Part shown: piece by piece, positions 55,614-64,000 of the stretch
Position numbering within the stretch: the first letter of the stretch is position 1
Layout of the letters: every line of letters begins with the position of its first letter
DNA from: Octopus vulgaris
Taxonomy: Eukaryota
Direction of reading: 5' to 3'
DNA length: 64,000 nt
NCBI GenBank assembly: GCA_951406725.2
Contig: OX597830.1
Coordinates: 30,628,001 to 30,692,000, forward strand
Position numbers and translations under genes: made by a program
The notes under the pieces: generated by a model
What the model saw: the letters and a program-made list of their open reading frames with translations, nothing else
Databases searched by the model: none
What the model was told of the DNA's origin: nothing

Positions 55614-55939
55614 ACACACACACACTGGTGCATATCTCACTCAGCCACATCTCAACTTCCGTCGTTTTCGAGTAACGTCGTTATTTGATTCGACATCGTT
55701 TTTGAATTGACGTCGGTCCTAGCAGTAATACATAGAAGAGCAACAATTTTAAAACAAAAGACACTTTTAAAAACTCAATGATGAAGTAGAAAATCAAATA
55801 ACAGATTTGTGAAAATGTGCACAAACCATTTATTAAAACACCAAGTAAATTTCTAAAACTGATTTTTCGAGTTACGTAGTATTCCGAATTAAGTCACATA
55901 TCTTGAAACCGATTACCGATGTAAGTCGAAGAGTGCCAA

Positions 55940-55989
<50 letters not shown>

Positions 55990-56064
55990 CTGTAAAATAA
56001 TACGTGACAATATTACATAATATTGAGGTTTCTTTCTTTCTTTTGTTATCTTACCGTTTTTAAC

Positions 56065-56101
<37 letters not shown>

Positions 56102-56132
56102 ATGTGTGTGTGTGTGAGTGTGTATCTATGTA

Positions 56133-56164
<32 letters not shown>

Positions 56165-56327
56165 TATGTATACTCAATATAAAATAGTGTACATTTAAAT
56201 ACATGAGAAAACTACCTTTCGTAGGTAATTTTTACACGCTAGAAGAAGCAGTCAAAACGACCAAAACCACATTTAACAGCAATTTTCGAAGGGAATGAAA
56301 GATAAAAACTTTTACCTTGTTATTTTT

Positions 56328-56402
56328 TACGGTTATACCTAGGTTTCAGATTATTTTAGCAAATACAATAATTTGCTAGGCGAATCCTCATCAGTAACCG
56401 TA
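56328..56402 (-). ncRNA. Canonical type I hammerhead ribozyme
   Basis: TACGGTTA-CTGATGA-G-GATT..TAGCAAAT(TATTGT)ATTTGCTA..AATCT-GAAAC-CTAG-GTA-TAACCGTA: 8-bp helix I, intact core, GUA site; in TA-bounded element about 56170-56435. Confidence 0.85.
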
Positions 56403-57371
56403 CCTTAACAATTAAAATATAATTTAACATATAATTTATATATATATATATATATATATTTCGGTACTCAATACATAGCAGAGCAAATTAATTTATTTTA
56501 TAGAAGGAGTTTCTACAGGACTAGAACTGTATGTATGTATGTATGTATGTATGTATGTATGTATGTATGTATGTATGTATGTATGTATGCTTGTATGGTA
56601 CAGCTTCGAACATTCCGTTACTCAATGCTTTATTAAATAACAACACAAACCATGTATTGAGTTCCCTTTTTACGTTGATCGCAGATTCAATGTGCATGTG
56701 ATCCCAAATGTAATACACACTATTACGTGAGCCTATGTGCGACTTCATGTGTGTTTTCCTATGTACGTGTGTTTACATATATATATATATATACACGCAT
56801 ACCTGCATATAAGTATAAGCGTGTGTTCATATTTGTATATATGTATATGTATTTATTCATTTATCTATTTTTATATATGTATGTGCGTGTGTTCGTTCGT
56901 TTTGCTGATGCCAACCGACCACAAAGGACTTAACAGAGCAGAAGTAGCAGCTAAAAGAACATTAGCAACAAAGGGCGGAAGTGCAGGTAAGATTGATTGC
57001 TCCAGTAGTAACTAGCTCTCTGGCTAACTGGCAAGTTGAAGGGAAGAGCCTTTCATGCGGAGATTTGAAGATCATGAAAAGAACAGCAGGGAGCGCTTTC
57101 CGGCTGGTCCCTCAGTTGCACGGTCAATTAGACGAAGTAAAGGTCTGCGCTTGATGGAAACTAGTTAAAGAGGTCGAGTACACATTGATAAACGATAAAA
57201 TAGAAAGGGGGGGGGAGGAGAGAAAAAAACGATATGGAGTGCGGAAGGAGAATGAAAATGCTTAAGAAAGACAACAACTTAAAAGGCCATGACGTTACTG
57301 CGTCTACGCATGTGCGTGTGTGTTCGTGTGTATATATAAATATAGATAGATTGATAGATTGATAGGTAGGT

Positions 57372-57414
<43 letters not shown>

Positions 57415-57440
57415 AATATATGTGTGTGTATGTGTGAGTA

Positions 57441-57723
57441 AGGGTGGCTGTGTGGTAAGAAGCTTGCTTCCCAACCACATGGTTTTGGGTTCAGTCCCAT
57501 TGCATGGCACCTTCGGCAAGTGTCTTCTCAAGCATATGCTGCCTATTCGACAAGTGTACACTGTGTTATTAGGCCATTCGTACATTTTACTTCATGCTCT
57601 TTTTTCCTTGTCTCACTCAAGTGTCTTCTACTATAGCCTCGGGCCGACCAAAGCCTTATGAGTAGAATTGGTAGACGAAAACTGAAAGAAGCCCGTCGTA
57701 TATATATATATATATATACATAC

Positions 57724-57768
<45 letters not shown>

Positions 57769-57950
57769 GCTTTATGTGTGCGTCTTTGTGTCTATGTTTG
57801 TCCCCCACCCCATCACCGCTTGACAACTTGTGTTGGTGTGTTTATGTCCCCGTAACTTAACGGTTCGGGAAAAGGGTCAGATACAATAAGAAGGGGATTA
57901 GAGAGTAAGTTCTGGAGTCGATTTGTTCGACTAAAACCCCTCCAGCATGA
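57441..57950 (+). mobile_element. SINE family A with 89-bp internal insertion
   Basis: A head and body; insert 57529-57617 flanked by CAAGTGTCTTCT twice. Confidence 0.8.
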
Positions 57951-58141
57951 CTGCAAGCAAACGATATATATAAAGAAAGAAGAAAACAAAGGACCACTGA
58001 TGCGGTCACAGGAGTGTGAAGAAAGAACTCTGGCCGTAAAATATAAATAACACTGAAGCAAAATAACACCAAATATAATGTGCGTGTGTTTTTATTGGCT
58101 AAACTGGCAAAATGACCATTCCGAAATACAACAATATATAT

Positions 58142-58303
58142 ATATCGTGTACATTAGAACACATAAAGAGGCTTCCAAATAGGAAAGCCTTGTGCTAGAA
58201 AGATAATTTATCCATAATTAGTGGTTTGAGTTTTCTACTGCTCTTTCTAGCACAAGGCTTTCCTATTTGGAAGCCTCTTAATGTGTTCTAATGCACACGA
58301 TAT
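58142..58303. repeat. Inverted repeat, 62-bp arms, 38-nt spacer
   Basis: Arms 58142-58203 and 58242-58303, 2 mismatches by hand alignment. Confidence 0.92.
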
Positions 58304-58578
58304 TTTTATGTGAATAATATATAGTCTATTGTGTGTGCTAGGTCACTGGTAATAATAATTTCTATAATTCTTATAATCCTAATATTATTTATATATATAT
58401 ATATATATATATTCTGTAAATAATAATAATCATAGGTTCTTAGCTTATAAGCTTTCACAGTGTAAGGCTAAAGGAAATAGTTTAATATGGGAGCATTTAA
58501 GCCCTCGACGGAAAAAAGTGGGTATTTTAATTAATAATATTTAGAGAATTTCACTCGTCACTGTTTCTTCATCTAACG

Positions 58579-58675
<97 letters not shown>

Positions 58676-59105
58676 TAGATAGATATATATACATAATACA
58701 TACATATGCATAAACACTCGCTTTAAACAAAATACGAGACAGTACGAGATGTTCCATTAAATTATAAGTTTTAAAAGACATAATAAATGCACAGACAAAG
58801 AAGGTAGCCTACTCCTCATCACTTATCGATCAAGGGACCAACGCAGTTTCGTACCATTGCGTTGATACTTTGGCCAATAATCGATGAGAATTTGGCGCTT
58901 TTCTGTGTCAGTTTTCGGTTTATTAATGCTAGTTCTAAACTCTTCAAATGAGATATAAATTGTAACAATACTAGACGGTAACATTTTTTTGCCACTATAA
59001 CATGGCTGTTCTATAAAAAAACTATGTTACTATATTTTAACGCCAGGAAAACATCTTTTCCAGCTGGTTAACGACATACATCCTGTGTCCGATATATTTA
59101 TTTTT

Positions 59106-59313
59106 TTATTGCCCACATTGGGCTAAACATAGAGGGGACAAACAAGGACAGACAAAGGGATTATGTCGATACATCGACCACAGTGCGTAACTGATACTTA
59201 TTTAATCGACCCCGAAAGGATGAAAGGCAGTATTTGAACTCAGAACGTAACGGCAGACGAAATACCGCCAGGCATTTCGCCCCGGCGTGCTAACGATTCT
59301 GCCAGCTCACCGC
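59106..59313 (-). mobile_element. SINE family B monomer
   Basis: Reverse complement, small internal deletion. Confidence 0.8.
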
Positions 59314-59445
59314 CCTTTACCCGTCGTCGGTACTGGATACCTGCCTGTTAGAGATGGCAGTCAATCTTCCCTACTGACAATAATATGTGTAAACAGAAGC
59401 GGCAGAAAGCCGCTACGCTATCTCGTAACAAGCAAAGTAGTTCTA

Positions 59446-59512
<67 letters not shown>

Positions 59513-59536
59513 TGTGTGTGTGTGTGTGTGTTTATA

Positions 59537-59683
59537 CTACGAGCTTCTTTGATTTGCCGTCTACCAAATCTACTGACCGAGGAGACTCTAGTAGAAGACA
59601 CTTGCCCAAGATGTCACACAATGGGACTGAACCCGGAACCATGTGGTTAAGGAGCAAACTTATTACCACCAAAGCCACAGTGC
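59537..59683 (-). mobile_element. SINE family A 5' half
   Basis: Reverse complement of A head. Confidence 0.75.
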
Positions 59684-60187
59684 CTGAGTATTGCACTAAC
59701 GATATTTCAACACCATCAACGTTTCTTGACACGAACATACTTACTAGACTCCGGCATAAATTACATATGCAAAGCATATGCTGTCTATTCGACAAGTGCA
59801 ACACTGTGTTATTAGGCCTTTCGTATTCGTTACTCCAAGCTCTTTTTCCTTGTCTCACTCACACTCACACTCTCTCTCTCTCTCACTCTCTCTATTGTGT
59901 GTCTCTCTTTTCGTCTCTTTCTCCTCTTCCTCGCTCTCTTTCTCTCTATCGCGTTTTTCTTTCATTATACGTAAGTATGTGTGTATATGTATAGTACATG
60001 TATATTACACGATTACATAATATATACATGTTTATATATGTGTGTGTGTGTGTGTAAGTATATACACGCGCTTGTGTTTGTATGTCATATGTATATATCT
60101 CAATATAGAAATTATGTACATATACAGACGCAAACATGTACACATAAACGTAGATGTATATGAACACAAACACATACGCACATACAT

Positions 60188-60223
<36 letters not shown>

Positions 60224-60442
60224 GCACACACACACACGTATATATATATATACACAGACATATACAGCCTCTCTCTCTCTTTTTCTCTCTTCTCACTTGT
60301 CTCCCTATGCACAAACACACACACAGACAGAAACATGCAAAGGCGCACACATGTATATGTATATGTGTATATGTATATTGATGTGTGTATGTGTATATAT
60401 ATATATGTTTGTATGTATATATCTGCACACATACATACATAC

Positions 60443-60492
<50 letters not shown>

Positions 60493-61132
60493 AGTGAGAG
60501 AAACAAAGAGAGAAAGAGAAAAAAGAAAGAGTGAGACAAGAAGAAAGAGAGAGAGAAAGTAATATAGAGGAAGAGAGAGGGAGAGAGAGAAAGAAAGAAA
60601 GCGAGAGGGAAAGAGAGAGAGGGGAATGGAGAGGGATGGTAAGATAGGGAGAAGGTGAGTGTAAGAGAGATACAGCGAGCGATTGAGTTGAACGTTTTCT
60701 GGACGCGTGCAGCCGTAAATCACAACCTGTTTTAAAAGTTTCTGTGTCCGACGTACAAACTTCTGGTTTTCAGTTCCACTAGCGCTGAATTCAATGAGAG
60801 ACCCGCCATCACCCACGACCACACATCCCCATCACCACCAGCGCCTTCAACCCCTATATAGGTTCAACGTGAAAACCTCATGTAGATTCACAGAGGTAAT
60901 AGAAACCATTAAATTCGGCAAGTCGGTGTAAACAGATTTGTTACTATGAGGTCATGTACGTCGTTACACAAGCCAGAAGAGTTCTCACCCTGGAAAAATT
61001 CAGTCATCATTATATGCGTGAGTGTGTGTGTGTATGTGTATGTGTATGTGTGTGTGTGTGTGTGTATACATATATATATACACAAATACATGTATATATA
61101 CATATATATACATATATATACATATACGTATG

Positions 61133-61520
<388 letters not shown>

Positions 61521-62324
61521 ATGTAAGTGATAATGTTTAGTATTTTATATTAGCTATTAAACAGTTTTATATTTAGCTTTAATCGTAATAAGGTTTTTAT
61601 AATAATTGTTAATTACAGGTATTCTTTCATTAGTTCCTACTTATAAGGATATTCTAGTATTATCCGTTAAGTTACTTGTATAATTTTAACATCATATAAT
61701 GTAAGGATAACGAATATTTAATACGTATGTAATGTTTTAATTATTAACTTTTGAATTATGAAGTACTGTAATTCACTCAATATTAGTTGTATTATTAGTT
61801 AAGTTCAATCGAGTTTGTTTTGTTTTGGTGAGAAAAGACTATAAATGCTTTCACTTTTATATTAATAACTATGGAAGACTGGTGGGAATATTAGCTGTAT
61901 GGACTTCAAAGGCTTGGTCTCGATTTAGTTAGATAATTTAGGAGTTAGTTATAGGTTTACTTATTGAATTTATTTACCGATACTGTTGTACATAGGGTAA
62001 TAGTGATTGTAGTTTAATTAATAATGTTAGTGTTTAATCCTTCCAAAAATTAAGACTGAATGAATGTGATGATATCTAAGGTATGTTTGTTCCCAAACAA
62101 CACTTATTTTGCTGCTGTTGATACCACCGGATTGAATGGTACTGTCCAGGTGTCGAAACCACACTGATATACGTGCGACAGCTGATGATGGAGCTAAGTT
62201 GGATTGTTGATATGGCTGTTAATGTATGTGTGTATGTGCGGAAGAGTTTTATAACACATCCATTTGGTATATGTTTGTGTGTGTGTATGTATGTATGAAT
62301 GAATGTATATATTCTTGTGTTTGT

Positions 62325-62520
62325 GTTGGTGTCTGTGTTTGTCCCCCCAACTATCGTTTGACAACCGATGCTGGTGGGTTTACGTCCCCGTAACTAAGAT
62401 GTTCGGCATACGAGACAGATAGAATAAGTACCAGGCGTACAAAGAATAAAGGCGATTCCTTTAACTAAATGGTGGTGCTCCAGCATAACCACAGTCAAAA
62501 TGGCTGAAACATGTAAAATA
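62325..62520 (+). mobile_element. SINE family A 3' half
   Basis: TTGACAACCGATGCTGG..GGTGCTCCAGCAT..CTGAAAC. Confidence 0.75.
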
Positions 62521-62605
62521 ATGTATATATATTTATACGCATGTGTGTGTATGTATATATATATATATATATGTTTGTGTGTGAATCTCTCTCTCTCTCT
62601 CTGTG

Positions 62606-62640
<35 letters not shown>

Positions 62641-62999
62641 GTCTCTCTCTCTATATATATACATATGTATAAATATATGTTTGTATGTATGTGTGTCTCT
62701 GTGTGCATACTTTCATGTATATATCTATGTATAAACTTATATATCCATTACATGAACATATTTAACTACAGAGGGAGTGAAGTCAGAGAGAGTGAGGGTG
62801 CCAGAGATATATAAACATACATACACATGCATTTGTGTTGGTGTGTGCATATACGTGCGCGTGCGTCATATTGTATTTGTGTGTGCTTAAATACATACCT
62901 ACATATATATATAATTATATATAGAGAGAGAGATGTGTGCGTGCGTATGTGTATGTATACTCACATGTAGACACACATACACACGCACGCACTTAGATT

Positions 63000-63052
<53 letters not shown>

Positions 63053-63353
63053 GGCATACATTTATAAACAGACAGGCATACAGAAAACAAAATATCTTGG
63101 GAAACAAAGTACTTTCTGACATCAGATTAAAACGAAATAAAATATCTCTCGAAAAGGAACAATGAAAAAACCTATACAAAAATCAAGAATGCACACTTAC
63201 AAATAGTTTCTTCTCTGTTTAAAACATACTGCTTCTAACTGTCTAGTTTTGTTATTTACGTTGGGTCGTTTGTTGTTGCTGTTCTTGTTATTGTCATTTT
63301 ACTTTCTTTAATTTTTAAATCTAGACCCGAATTCCCCAATTGTTCGCAGAATA

Positions 63354-63401
<48 letters not shown>

Positions 63402-63425
63402 GTGTGTGTGTGTGTGTATATATAA

Positions 63426-63610
63426 CTGTTGGCGATTTTTTTCCTCTGTCTTCCCTTCTCTGGATCTTTCCTTCTCCTATGTTTCCGACGAAGAGCTCGA
63501 AACGTTAAACCCTCCCTCTTTCCTTCTTTCCTGAGCTTCCAATAATACTATATTTGTTCCACATCCTCGCGTTGTTGTGTTTTTTTGTGCTTTCTTGTTT
63601 GGATTAACTA
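63426..63610 (+). mobile_element. Short element ending in (TA)n with hammerhead-like motif (63481-63510)
   Basis: GTTT-CCGACGA-A-GAGCTC-GAAAC-GTT-AAAC; homolog of 47870-48060. Confidence 0.75.
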
Positions 63611-63711
63611 TATATATATATATATATATATGTATGCATGTATGTATGTATGTATGTATGTATGTATGTATGTATGAATACTTTTATACTTTTATTCTTT
63701 TTTTTATTTTT

Positions 63712-63899
63712 TTTAGTCATTTGACTGCAGTCATGCTGGAGCACTGCCTTAAAGGGTTCTAGTCGAACAAATCGAGCCCATAGCATATTTCTTCTAAGCC
63801 TAGTATTTATTCTATCGAGCTCTTTTGCCGAACTGCTAATTTACGGGGACATAAACACGCCAGCAACTGTTGTGAAGCAATGGTGGCGGGACAAAGACA

Positions 63900-63905
<6 letters not shown>
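63712..63905 (-). mobile_element. SINE family A 3' half
   Basis: Reverse complement of A tail. Confidence 0.75.
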
Positions 63906-63959
<54 letters not shown>

Positions 63960-64000
63960 CACACACACATAGATTCTTCATTCTTTTATTTGTTTCAGAC

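Noticed and set aside
55641-55937. Possible old pogo/Tigger-like MITE
   Set aside because: Putative TIRs match only about 14/21.
58820-58890. GGTAC-GAAAC-TGC-GTT-GGTC (minus) hammerhead-like half
   Set aside because: Core unrecognisable; an alternative hairpin explains the pairing.
61520-62230. AT-rich stretch considered as NUMT or Penelope ORF start
   Set aside because: No mitochondrial gene or RT motif recognised; stops in the frames read.

Overview
Gene-poor, repeat-saturated eukaryotic DNA. The SINE families and extreme microsatellite load look like an Octopus (coleoid cephalopod) genome; this is inference from recognition, not a search. No intact host protein-coding exon is supported, and nearly all ORFs in the track are translations of (TA)n/(TG)n/(CAT)n/(GGT)n/(GA)n repeats. 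The window holds about 40 copies or fragments of four tRNA-derived SINE families (labelled A-D here), decayed LINE pieces (CR1/L2-like, RTE, L1/Tx1 ORF1 zinc knuckles and an ORF2 end), a mariner deletion derivative with perfect 30-bp TIRs, MITEs, and two long near-perfect hairpins. The main unexplained signal is a set of several different short elements, mostly embedded in (TA)n, carrying type I hammerhead-ribozyme motifs of the minimal Penelope/retrozyme kind (clearest at 56328-56402). One family fuses a tRNA/Pol III head to such a hammerhead (11673-11942; inverted pair at 41281-41718; diverged relative at 19230-19400). Element boundaries were read by eye and are approximate.
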